Under the pieces are notes generated by a model. That model was not told where the DNA came from. It did no database searches and saw only the letters and a list, made by a program, of their open reading frames with translations. A DNA stretch of 64,000 nt from an uncultured virus (IMG/VR IMGVR_UViG_3300029305_001083) (lineage: Duplodnaviria > Heunggongvirae > Uroviricota > Caudoviricetes), in the IMG/VR virus record IMGVR_UViG_3300029305_001083. The stretch is one strand, 5' to 3'. Positions 10,701 to 18,312 of this stretch are shown here, one piece after another (position 1 is the stretch's first letter; each line of letters begins with the position of its first letter). A program made the position numbers and the translations under genes.

Positions 10701-13418
10701 ATGCCTCATAGATACGCCGATTATAACATTACAATTCAAAATGCCAACATTAACCCAACAAAACATCCAACAATGTTATATCCTCTATTAGTTAACGAGA
10801 ATAAACCAATCGTCGGAACAATTGATTATAGCAACTATCAAGGCGATGATTTATCTTATGTTATGACTTATGCTAATAAATCTGAAGTTGATATTTCTAT
10901 ACCAGATGAGGTAATGATTAACTCTAACTATTCTTATAATATAGATAAAGATAGTGAGTATGAATACAATGACCCTAGAACTATAGCGAAATACACATGT
11001 AATGCTAAAGGGGTATTACCGACATTTAATGATGGATATACGGATTATAGGGTTAGTGAGTTGGATAATGGCGACGGAACTTATACAACTAGCATAATTG
11101 CGGATGATATTAGTATTTTACCAACGAGTATAAATTTTAAAGATTGTAAAGCACTTTTAAAAGTTAGTGCATTAAATACCAGCAAGGTTGAGAATATGAG
11201 TAATATGTTCGGCGGCTGCTCTTCACTAGCCTCTCTAGATACAAGTAACTGGGACACTTCGAATGTTACTAATATGCATAGTGTATTCGTCGACTGCACC
11301 GGACTAACATCTCTAAACCTGAGTAATTGGGATGTTTCGAGCGTTACTACTATGGGTAGTATGTTTCAAAACTGCTCCGGACTAACATCTCTAGACCTAA
11401 GTAACTTCAATACTTCGAAAGTTATTGTTATGAATAGTATATTTAACAACTGCACCGGACTAACATCTCTAAACCTGAGTAACTGGGATACTTCGAGTGC
11501 TAATAATATGAGTTACATGTTTAACAGCTGCCATAGACTAACATCTTTAGATGTAAGTAGTTTCAATACTTCGAATGTTACTAATACAGCTTATATGTTC
11601 CAAAACTGCGCTAGACTAACATCTCTAGACCTAAGTAACTTCAATACTTCGAAAGTTACTGCTATGAATGCTATGTTCCAAAACTGCTCCGGACTAACAT
11701 CTTTAGATGTAAGTAGTTTCGACACTTCGAATGTTATTAATATGTCTGCTATATTTAACAACTGCTCTGGATTAACATCTATAGACGTAAGTAACTGGGA
11801 TGTTTCGAAAGTTACTACCATAAATGGTATGTTCCAAAACTGCACAAGCCTAACATCTCTAGATGTAAGTAACTGGGATACTTCGAGTGTTACTAATATG
11901 ACTTCTGCGTTTAATAACTGTTCATCATTAACATCTATAGACGTAAGTAACTGGGATGTTTCAAAAGTTAATACTATCTCTGATATATTTCGAATGTGTT
12001 CCAAGTTTACTTCATTGGATATTAGCGGATGGGATATTCAAGAGGAATGTAATACGGATCGTTTTGTCTATCAAATGGGTTCGATGTTTACAAATTTAAA
12101 ATGGGGAAACTGGCGATGTTCATTTGATATGACTTATGTAACCTCTCTGACATCCGAATGTCTAAAAGACTTACTAGCCAACTTAGCGACCGTAGCAAAC
12201 GGACAAACTCTAACCCTAGGCTCAACAAACTTAGCTAAAGTCTCAACAGCTGATATTCTAGCAGCCCAACTTAAAGGTTGGACGATGGACGGAGCGACAT
12301 CTACCACCGTAGTATTTGCGTCGGATACAATTAGTGGTAATGATGCTATTACTGAGTGTGGTATACAGTTAACGGATGCTAATAGGAATAAAAGAATTGA
12401 TGAAGTTCTCGGCGCATATACGGCCTGTACGAAATTATATTTGTTCGACGATGGTACCGTTACAAGTCTATACCGTTTATTTTTGAATAACTCAACATAT
12501 AGAAATAGGGTGACAGCTATCGAAATTATCCCAAGTTTCTTTAAAAACGTAACAAATACACAACAGATGTTTCAAGGTTGCTCGAATCTAACTTCTTTGG
12601 ATTTAAGAAGTTTAGATGTTAGCTCTGTTATTGATATGTCTAATATGTTCATCGGCTGCTCTTCACTAGCCTCTCTAGATACAAGTAACTGGGACACTTC
12701 GAATGTTACTAATATGAATGGTATGTTCTATGAGTGTATCGCACTAACATCTCTAGACCTAAGTAACTGGGATGTTTCGAGCGTTACTACTATGAATTAT
12801 ATGTTTTTTGGATGTTCATTTTTAACATCTCTAAATGTTAGCAACTGGGATACCTCGAAGGTTACCGCTATGTATGGTACATTCAAACTATGCTCCCGAC
12901 TAACGTCTCTAGACGTAAGTAACTGGGATACTTTGAGTGTTACTACTATGGGTGGCGTGTTTGATAGCTGCCGTGCCCTAACATCCTTAGACCTAAGTAA
13001 CTGGGATACTTCGAATGTTGCTGATATGTCTAATATGTTCTCCGGATGCTCTAACTTAACATCCTTAGATTTAAGTAGTTGGAATACTCCGAAGGCTACT
13101 AATATAAGTTATATGTTCCGAAGTTGCTCTTCGCTAGAATCTCTAGATATAAGTGATTTCACCGTGACTCCGGAAACATTAACTAATGCTATTTTTAACG
13201 AATGTTCAAACTTAACAATGCTTAAAATCCCAATATGGTACACATCGCTATTTTTATCTCAATCATCCAAGCTTACGTCAGAGTGTCTTAAAGACTTACT
13301 AGCTATTCTAGCGACCGTAACAAACGGACAAACTCTAACCCTAGGCGCAATAAACTTAGCTAAATTAACAGATTCGGAAAAAGCAATAGCCACAAATAAA
13401 GGATGGACATTAGCGTAA
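4797..13418 (+). CDS. giant (2873 aa) tail-associated/adhesin-like protein: LamG-like, CotH-kinase-like, LRR and BspA/DUF285-type repeats
   Basis: YQGTSSMQYPIKNY, FTLKADFM, MVDNLGKNMM, PRFYDCDT (CotH-like); many MF..C..LTSLDxSNWDTSNVT 26-aa repeats. Confidence 0.75.
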   Translation: MAINVGDNFSYQGKKYLDNRQSFKTLSELQAYSNVPEGFIAYCEEDKKRYEYVDGVWTEYVIASSGTGVNPDCATKAYVDELIESHTHDEYLTEHQDISHLATKAEIPSLEGLATETYVQEQIANASLGGGEGGSIDTSNFATKAELNTKFDDVEVNEEETTDSQTALDFFANGEKVKTVYFSGGGGGSAAAAYISTTLPEEAMVETGYDFDILLDFYSPNPGKGTLKVFVNDVDALSTPIIQGETTTTLSHEKLTKGTNKIVVYVLDRIGTMSNSLTFYVRYGSTELVGEFDSSLSYDYGANIRYYFTATALDTSLALTFYMSIDGAVQNGVSCVSDVRGYFTFPNSLEAGGHYCECWVEDSKGGKSNIETFNLVILDTNTLAIVTETRNPSVEEGSQLVLDYRVYKKNETTFIIKTYVDEELVSTGTCGLTTSYYKTTTLREGMHNIKIEAWDTTETVSDYVTWSVIITPSTYTMLEPIKAGSMFMATAKNRTNGDPNRETWTGYNQDNNAIDCTLYNFAFNSESGWMDDQLFITGNSYVEVPIQPLANNARYGFTLDVEFSTKPIGVDDAEVLSLWNDADNCGIKITTDQLILQSKTGNKCELYFSENEIVSAIFIIDRHEKTAKVYLNGVMCAAFALSDYVAEGVSYLEDFTVNDNLYLGKPGSNGYATIKNLRIYELALSSSEILNNFMANEIDKAKQKALVEFQKGEDLPTVTVYCDFSGLGKDDKKYCDIVYNSPDPVKYGESFSLMGKYSQLQYQGTSSMQYPIKNYRLNPRDKDGKVKIKLPHCQPETRFTLKADFMSSGHWQNTGLTKWVNDNLYNYNENDEKSMNPAKWWALQNGKDPNDYRECIYGFPCRLILVNDGNSPLNEGQQEPTPGNTKDMGIFNFNLDKDCENSLGFKIKDFPNALSMEVTANSDTSAGAFMSYGTKEIELPLYNGYGSEYTSVDIPVEQIFGDDESITISYADDANSTLLVRLKNSSGEILTGSYISKEGTVMMSQSNATHCMFIMLRATSGDKTSKETIYIGNKIIFKTINVDENGIQPVFPGEEGELDYIKESFELRYPDEDDVPEGWGFMGMDFYDPKMMVDYWFNPTKSNKFTSVFDKPDYITVETQTADTFSIAYHQDGVWTGQSKYKSGSFVDLRDRTENQIAVYIGATYDDEYIIIDGEKYYYGEECGASEIKDPYIHPTETIHRFDTSYSLKALIDWVDNSTDEQFVAEFEEHFHKDYTLRYFLLVMVLGMVDNLGKNMMLDSYDGKIWMPRFYDCDTICSYDNSGAIKFDVDIEMQQGYWNTSSSRLWTRVRDLFHDELVVKYNDMRQNGLSFESLMNVFYNEQIAKIPQKYYNMDADVKYLPYADEYLGKAHGDGYEHLKRWLKNRIIFTDSLYDYAPSYTNDMITFRANTTEEMSITIETYTPVYQHVSWYNGNMQKEKIAKGTQLTFKGFAQAATDQEVLVYGGSNIKRIIGISTMNPNSMLIGNATRLVELDISDCPILTDINSNKANFTPHTYLNKLDISNCPQLGGSLRLNYSPLIGEINATNTAVTDLQLPSSIRNLHTLKIPGALTSLALNDGPVLSTLEFDGPNNLQSVNLTNCNALTNVVNFDMTQIPAVTLNNSYDADELYMSKTTNLSLVNMANIKKLIFIPNNEHETFNLTELRNCPDYTISAINCPNLKTFMTTAPYRYSYTNGEYGDVTPNTAFCANTLDISNTKITDVNFLCTTDVYQLKLPDTVNNFICDSAYDLDTDYLPDGDFDTVHHELIEAYTTDYTNGYNDRVYIGECNENVDFDFISDGTYLKDGNLNTTTANSATTSKIYVLGGTEISFTRNSLNYSNYFINEYDINGKYLKCTRHFDTHNWNRAITQAVSSDTFYVIISIVDYRELDGSTPSFDTLFKTFSRYEPKTPNLIPSAADGSLIFSMYAPNTNVAVPAEGIWDLYGLTFEEFYTYGMNNDIVVTDGNITMPHRYADYNITIQNANINPTKHPTMLYPLLVNENKPIVGTIDYSNYQGDDLSYVMTYANKSEVDISIPDEVMINSNYSYNIDKDSEYEYNDPRTIAKYTCNAKGVLPTFNDGYTDYRVSELDNGDGTYTTSIIADDISILPTSINFKDCKALLKVSALNTSKVENMSNMFGGCSSLASLDTSNWDTSNVTNMHSVFVDCTGLTSLNLSNWDVSSVTTMGSMFQNCSGLTSLDLSNFNTSKVIVMNSIFNNCTGLTSLNLSNWDTSSANNMSYMFNSCHRLTSLDVSSFNTSNVTNTAYMFQNCARLTSLDLSNFNTSKVTAMNAMFQNCSGLTSLDVSSFDTSNVINMSAIFNNCSGLTSIDVSNWDVSKVTTINGMFQNCTSLTSLDVSNWDTSSVTNMTSAFNNCSSLTSIDVSNWDVSKVNTISDIFRMCSKFTSLDISGWDIQEECNTDRFVYQMGSMFTNLKWGNWRCSFDMTYVTSLTSECLKDLLANLATVANGQTLTLGSTNLAKVSTADILAAQLKGWTMDGATSTTVVFASDTISGNDAITECGIQLTDANRNKRIDEVLGAYTACTKLYLFDDGTVTSLYRLFLNNSTYRNRVTAIEIIPSFFKNVTNTQQMFQGCSNLTSLDLRSLDVSSVIDMSNMFIGCSSLASLDTSNWDTSNVTNMNGMFYECIALTSLDLSNWDVSSVTTMNYMFFGCSFLTSLNVSNWDTSKVTAMYGTFKLCSRLTSLDVSNWDTLSVTTMGGVFDSCRALTSLDLSNWDTSNVADMSNMFSGCSNLTSLDLSSWNTPKATNISYMFRSCSSLESLDISDFTVTPETLTNAIFNECSNLTMLKIPIWYTSLFLSQSSKLTSECLKDLLAILATVTNGQTLTLGAINLAKLTDSEKAIATNKGWTLA
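11140..13220 (+). repeat. two arrays of ~78-bp (26-aa) BspA/DUF285-type leucine-rich repeats
   Basis: Recurrent ctaacatctctaga..taagtaactggga.acttcga; 11213-11276 identical to 12653-12716. Confidence 0.9.
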
Positions 13419-13435
13419 AAAAAGGGGGTGAAATA

Positions 13436-14032
13436 GTGAGACTAGAAGAAAAAGATGGGTTACGTATTTTACATCCAGCTTACGGATATTGGTTGAAAAA
13501 TACGGAAACTGGGGATATTCACACAGGTAAGATTTATCTGGGGGCTAACGTATCCCCGGATATTTATGTCGAAGTGTTAGATGAAACCATCGATAATGGT
13601 TTATTTAGCGCGCTAACAGATATTCAAACAAAAGAAAACTCACTCAACAAAATCGGTAAAATCGTAGCAAATAATGTTACAGACGACGCGGTGGCACTTA
13701 CAATTCAAGAATTCTATGATATTTGGGAAGTTGGTGCGACATACGAAGTTGGAAGATATTTACAATACAAAGGCGTATTATACAAAGTATTACAACCACA
13801 CACAAGTCAAGAAACATGGACGCCGGATGTAGCATCAAGCGTATATGCGAAAGTTCTTATTGACCCAACTGGTGAAACGATTCCTGAATGGGAGCAACCA
13901 GACAGTACAAATGCATATATGACTGGCGATAAAGTACGCTTCGAGGGTGTTGTATATGAAAGTATAATGGATAATAATATTTGGTCGCCAACGGCTTATC
14001 CTCAAGCTTGGCGAGTTGTAGAGGAGGGATAA
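13436..14032 (+). CDS. tail-associated protein with CBM5/12-like modules
   Basis: Paralog of 2139-2825 (WEQPDSTNAYMTGDKVRFEGVVYESIMDNNIWSP); GTG start after GGGGG SD. Confidence 0.65.
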   Translation: MRLEEKDGLRILHPAYGYWLKNTETGDIHTGKIYLGANVSPDIYVEVLDETIDNGLFSALTDIQTKENSLNKIGKIVANNVTDDAVALTIQEFYDIWEVGATYEVGRYLQYKGVLYKVLQPHTSQETWTPDVASSVYAKVLIDPTGETIPEWEQPDSTNAYMTGDKVRFEGVVYESIMDNNIWSPTAYPQAWRVVEEG

Positions 14033-14033
14033 A

Positions 14034-14333
14034 ATGGGAGAAGATAAAACACAAGAACTACTATTACAATTAGTACAAGATATGTCCTTCGTCAAAGCAA
14101 AACTGAGTAATATCGAAGAACAAAAATTAGCCTCTAGGATTGATTCCCTGGAGGCTCAAAATAGAGAGCACGATAGAACGATCAAATCTCTAGAGAGAAG
14201 AAACGATACGATGGAAGAGTTTGTACGTGGGTCAATGCAAGAAAGTAGAAAACAGCAAACCGGCGTATTTATATCTATGGGTATGGCGGTATTCAGTGCG
14301 ATTGTATCTGTAATGTTCGGTTTCTTAATTTGA
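14034..14333 (+). CDS. coiled-coil protein with C-terminal TM helix (XhlA-like lysis accessory/holin)
   Basis: Coiled coil then hydrophobic C-terminus; lies in the lysis region. Confidence 0.55.
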   Translation: MGEDKTQELLLQLVQDMSFVKAKLSNIEEQKLASRIDSLEAQNREHDRTIKSLERRNDTMEEFVRGSMQESRKQQTGVFISMGMAVFSAIVSVMFGFLI

Positions 14334-14347
14334 AAGGGGGTGATATA

Positions 14348-14620
14348 ATGAAAGTGGATTATCGTGAAACGTATACAAAAGTTTACGATAGCTACGCATA
14401 TTCAAGCAGTGAAATCGAAAACGCAGTAGAAGAGATCATGCAAAAACGTAAAGAATTAGGATTACCTGTAACACGAACTAAGTCATCGTATGTAAGCGAA
14501 TGGAAATCACATAACCGATTATACAAACTAGGCATCCAAAGAAGTCGCACCAAAGATGTGGATCTAGAAGAAGAAATAAACTCAACAAGAAACTTTTTAT
14601 ATTCAATATTAGGATTCTAG
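14348..14620 (+). CDS. hypothetical protein
   Basis: ORF with GGGGGTG SD. Confidence 0.6.
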   Translation: MKVDYRETYTKVYDSYAYSSSEIENAVEEIMQKRKELGLPVTRTKSSYVSEWKSHNRLYKLGIQRSRTKDVDLEEEINSTRNFLYSILGF

Positions 14621-14631
14621 GAGGTGATAGT

Positions 14632-14865
14632 ATGGAGAAATTAAAAAATCCTTATTTCTGGTTATCATTAATCGCATTGATATTTGCAGCAGCAGGAATC
14701 GAATTTGAACAATTAACTAGCTGGGGGTTATTGTTCCAAGCAATACTTGATATTGTACAAAACCCAGTGAGCATTGTTGCTATTATTACAGCATTCCTTG
14801 GTATCTGGAATGACAACTCAACAAATGGTTTAGATACCTTTAAAATAAGAAAAACAAAAAATTAA
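14632..14865 (+). CDS. holin
   Basis: 77 aa, KLKNPYFWLSL start, two hydrophobic segments, basic tail; upstream of endolysin. Confidence 0.8.
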   Translation: MEKLKNPYFWLSLIALIFAAAGIEFEQLTSWGLLFQAILDIVQNPVSIVAIITAFLGIWNDNSTNGLDTFKIRKTKN

Positions 14866-14886
14866 AATTAGAGGAGACGATTAAAA

Positions 14887-15372
14887 ATGTTTGAAGAATT
14901 ATTAGTATGTTTAGGTGAAATTTATGCTGGTGTGGAACAAAAAATTACAGAGATGAATGCTTTAAAAGCTGAAAATGAAGCAGTGAAAGCTGAAAATGCA
15001 AGTTTACGTGAAGAAATCGCTAACCACGTATGTGAATGCGACCATGAAGAAGAATTAGCTCAAGCCAAAGCAGAAGTAGAAGCAGCTAAAGCGGCAGCTG
15101 AAGAAGCTAAAGCAGCGGCTGAAGCAGCTAAAGCAGAAGTAGAAGAAGTTAAAGCAGCTCACAATGCTCAATTAGAAACATTACGTAATGAATTCCAAGA
15201 ATTAAAAGATTTATTATTCCCTGCTGAAGAAGAACCAGAAACTCCAGTAGTACCAGAAGAACCAGAAGTACCTGTTGAACCAGAAACTCCAGTAGTACCA
15301 GAAGGTGGAGAAGATAACGGAGAAGACAACGGAGAAGACAACGGAGAAGTAGAAGACGTACCAGCTGAATAA
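14887..15372 (+). CDS. acidic coiled-coil protein with Pro/Glu-rich repeated tail
   Basis: EAAKA repeats, EPETPVVPE x2, GEDN x3; strongly biased codons. Confidence 0.7.
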   Translation: MFEELLVCLGEIYAGVEQKITEMNALKAENEAVKAENASLREEIANHVCECDHEEELAQAKAEVEAAKAAAEEAKAAAEAAKAEVEEVKAAHNAQLETLRNEFQELKDLLFPAEEEPETPVVPEEPEVPVEPETPVVPEGGEDNGEDNGEDNGEVEDVPAE

Positions 15373-15373
15373 T

Positions 15374-15404
15374 ACGCGAAAAATACAATCCCTTTAATGA
15401 AGAG
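15374..15404 (+). promoter_or_regulatory. 31-bp conserved motif copy 1 (putative phage promoter)
   Basis: ACGCGAAAAATACAATCCCTTTAATGAAGAG. Confidence 0.7.
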
Positions 15405-15457
15405 AGTGGGCTCGGTTGAGTCTCTCTCTTTTATATTTTTTATAAGGGGGTTTTATA

Positions 15458-16132
15458 ATGGATATGAAAAATGTTAACAAAAAGATTGTCGCTGTTGGTT
15501 TGACTGGCGTAATAATTTCAGGGGTTGTTTTAAATCAACAATACGAAATTAATCAACTAGAGAGAGACTTACAAATTCAGCAAAATATGACCGACCAGAA
15601 ACACAACTACACTGAAACACTAATTGATATTTCATCAATTCAGGAAAAACTGAACGATGAATGTAACTTCAAAGTATTAGATGGTTCCATCAATATCAGA
15701 CACACATATGTATACAAACGAGATAGTATTTTGGGTTTTAAAAGCGAGTATAAACTTGTCGGTACAGCCGACTTTTATTATGCTCTAACAGTCGATTTAA
15801 GCCAATCGAATATCACGAAAGCTACCGATAAAAAAATCACAATCGAAGTACCGAGAGCACGAATTGATGAAGGGGCTTATCATCGAGTAGCAAATTCTTT
15901 CGTACGTATCAACGAAGAATGCAGCACTAATATTCTAGCAAATAAATCAGATGCCGAAAAAGCAACAAGACAATGGGAAGATTCTTTTGATACTAAAGGT
16001 ATCGAATATGTTGAGAAGTATATGGTGCGAGAAAGCGTTAAAGAAAAAGTGGATCAACTTACAGTTCGTCAGGTAAAAATACTTATGGAAAAACTTGGAT
16101 ATTCTCAAACTATAGATGTTAAAATCGTATAG
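15458..16132 (+). CDS. membrane-anchored protein (DUF4230-like)
   Basis: N-terminal TM; VDLS...ITIEVP.A.I pattern. Confidence 0.5.
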   Translation: MDMKNVNKKIVAVGLTGVIISGVVLNQQYEINQLERDLQIQQNMTDQKHNYTETLIDISSIQEKLNDECNFKVLDGSINIRHTYVYKRDSILGFKSEYKLVGTADFYYALTVDLSQSNITKATDKKITIEVPRARIDEGAYHRVANSFVRINEECSTNILANKSDAEKATRQWEDSFDTKGIEYVEKYMVRESVKEKVDQLTVRQVKILMEKLGYSQTIDVKIV

Positions 16133-16144
16133 GAGGAGATTATC

Positions 16145-17314
16145 GTGTTTGTATGCGATATGGGTGAATTTATATTTGAAGAGCAACAAAGTGAAGATGT
16201 TTTTCAATCAGCTGAAGATTATGAGTTATCGGAAGATTATATAACTACGGAAGGGGAATATATTATGAGTGAATCACGTTATGGTTTTACAAAAATGAAT
16301 GTTAATGAATTTAAAACTTGGATTAAAAAACAAGGAAATTATGATTACAATGGTATCCAAATACACCACACATATTCGCCAAGCTATGCTAATTTCTATA
16401 AATCAAATGGCGGTCACGAGGATGAATTAACTCGACAAAACAACATGAAATCATACCATGTTAACACAAACGGTTGGGATGATATTGCTCAACATTTCAC
16501 AATTTATCCAAATGGGGCTATCGTAACAGGACGCAGTCTATCAAATACGACAGCCATCGGAATTAGAGGATGGAACTATAATAAAATCTGTATAGAAATT
16601 TACGGTAACTTTGATAAAGGCGGGGACGTCATGACAAATGAACAAAAACAAGCTGTCATTGCCGTGTATGGGGAACTATGCAAAAAGTTCAATATTACAC
16701 CTTCGATTTCAACATTAAGATGTCATGCTTGGTTTACTTCTGGTGGAACATATTTGGGGGATTATTCATCTAGTCGATCAGCTAAAACTTGCCCTGGAAC
16801 AAACTTCATGGGATTTGGAAACACTAGAGAAGCTATAGAGAAAAACTTTATACCGCTAGTTAAAAATTATATTAGTAATGGATCATCAAATTCTAGCGCA
16901 GTAGCAACAAATTATGTCGTTAAAATTAATACTGATACATTAAATGTTCGTAAAGGACCTGGAGCAACTTATAGTGTTGTTGGTGAATTAGGTAGAGGTG
17001 AAGCATATACGATTGTTCAAACTCAAAATGGCTGGGGTAAATTAAAATCCGGAGTTGGATGGATTAATTTAGCTTATACCAAACGTGTCAGTAATACGAC
17101 GGCCGCGTCAGCAACCGTTCAAATGTCTAATTACTTGGTTAAAGTCTCTACGCACAGCTTAAATATTCGCAAAGGTCCTGGCGTATCTTATGATATTTCA
17201 GGAACTGTCAAAAAAGGCGACGTGTTTACAATAACAGAGACTAAAAATGGTTGGGGTAAATTAAAATCAGGAGCTGGTTGGATTAGCTTAGGTTATACTC
17301 AAAGACTAAAATAG
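16145..17314 (+). CDS. endolysin: N-acetylmuramoyl-L-alanine amidase (Amidase_2) plus two SH3b domains; alternative start at 16265
   Basis: IQIHHT, IAQHF, ICIEIYGNFD, KTCPG; two LNVRKGPG...GWGKLKSG.GWI repeats. Confidence 0.9.
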   Translation: MFVCDMGEFIFEEQQSEDVFQSAEDYELSEDYITTEGEYIMSESRYGFTKMNVNEFKTWIKKQGNYDYNGIQIHHTYSPSYANFYKSNGGHEDELTRQNNMKSYHVNTNGWDDIAQHFTIYPNGAIVTGRSLSNTTAIGIRGWNYNKICIEIYGNFDKGGDVMTNEQKQAVIAVYGELCKKFNITPSISTLRCHAWFTSGGTYLGDYSSSRSAKTCPGTNFMGFGNTREAIEKNFIPLVKNYISNGSSNSSAVATNYVVKINTDTLNVRKGPGATYSVVGELGRGEAYTIVQTQNGWGKLKSGVGWINLAYTKRVSNTTAASATVQMSNYLVKVSTHSLNIRKGPGVSYDISGTVKKGDVFTITETKNGWGKLKSGAGWISLGYTQRLK

Positions 17315-17319
17315 GAGAG

Positions 17320-17697
17320 ATGATTATGGCGGATGATTGGGTTGGTGTTGGTAGAAAAGTTAAACGAGATAATTCACAAAAAGTTTACGAAAAAGAGCAT
17401 TTTATAATTTTAAAAGTGAAAAGTGGTAAAAAAATAGGATATATAGCGTATAATACTAAAAAAGAATGGGAAGAAGGTCACACTCATTTAGACAGTTTTA
17501 ATATGGCTAAAACTATCATCGATAATGTATTGAAACGTAAAAAACCCAAAACTAAGAATTTATATTTACTTAACAGTCATATACGTTTGAGCGATAGCCC
17601 GGCATATGATAGATTTATAAACGATATAATTAACGCCAGAAAGAATAAGAAAAAACAAGGATATAGAAACGATAAATATTTAAAGGAGAGATTATAA
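17320..17697 (+). CDS. basic hypothetical protein
   Basis: ORF with SD; lysine-rich. Confidence 0.65.
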   Translation: MIMADDWVGVGRKVKRDNSQKVYEKEHFIILKVKSGKKIGYIAYNTKKEWEEGHTHLDSFNMAKTIIDNVLKRKKPKTKNLYLLNSHIRLSDSPAYDRFINDIINARKNKKKQGYRNDKYLKERL

Positions 17698-17885
17698 TGG
17701 AATATATTATCGGTTGCCTTATAGGATTTATTCTATCATGGATATTTACAAAATTTAGATATGGAAACGGAAATTTTCGCATCAACGAAACTGATGCGAA
17801 TAAGGACGTCTATAAGCTTGTAATTAATGACTTCAACAAGCTACACCGAAGAAGATATTTGCTGGTTAGAATCACGCGAAAATAA
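17697..17885 (+). CDS. small membrane protein
   Basis: N-terminal TM; stop codon lies inside motif copy 2. Confidence 0.6.
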   Translation: MEYIIGCLIGFILSWIFTKFRYGNGNFRINETDANKDVYKLVINDFNKLHRRRYLLVRITRK

Positions 17886-17904
17886 CTTTTGCTATTATGA
17901 GAAG
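17874..17904 (+). promoter_or_regulatory. 31-bp motif copy 2
   Basis: ACGCGAAAATAACTTTTGCTATTATGAGAAG. Confidence 0.7.
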
Positions 17905-17931
17905 AAAATAATTCTAAAGGAGATGTTTGTT

Positions 17932-18252
17932 ATGAAAAAAGATAACAAAAAATTGTTAGAAGAAGTGATTAATGATCGTTTAACAAAATCATTAGGAGAT
18001 AATCCTGACGAAGCATCAGCTGCTTTCGAGGAAGCTATGCAGGCAATCGATAGACAAAATGAACTAGATAAAGATAAAAAAGATAGAATGGTGAAAGTTG
18101 TCGAAGTCGGTATGGTTGTTGTAGCGGCACCTTTGATTGAAGCTGCTTGTAAGAAAGGATTTGCTCGTATGATTTGTGAATTCGAGGAGGATCACATCTT
18201 CACAACGATGGCGGGAAAATCTTTATCAGCATTATTCAAATTTAGAAAGTAA
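17932..18252 (+). CDS. hypothetical protein (cassette ORF)
   Basis: AAGGAG SD, ATG 17932; followed by hairpin 18268-18285. Confidence 0.7.
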   Translation: MKKDNKKLLEEVINDRLTKSLGDNPDEASAAFEEAMQAIDRQNELDKDKKDRMVKVVEVGMVVVAAPLIEAACKKGFARMICEFEEDHIFTTMAGKSLSALFKFRK

Positions 18253-18312
18253 TTCTTACTAAGTAAGGACCGTTTAAACGCGGTCTCTTATTTTTCGAAA
18301 GGGGAAATTGTT

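Noticed and set aside
11140..13418. Diversity-generating retroelement acting on fibre or LRR genes
   Set aside because: No reverse transcriptase ORF; repeat differences are not adenine-specific and all copies are coding.
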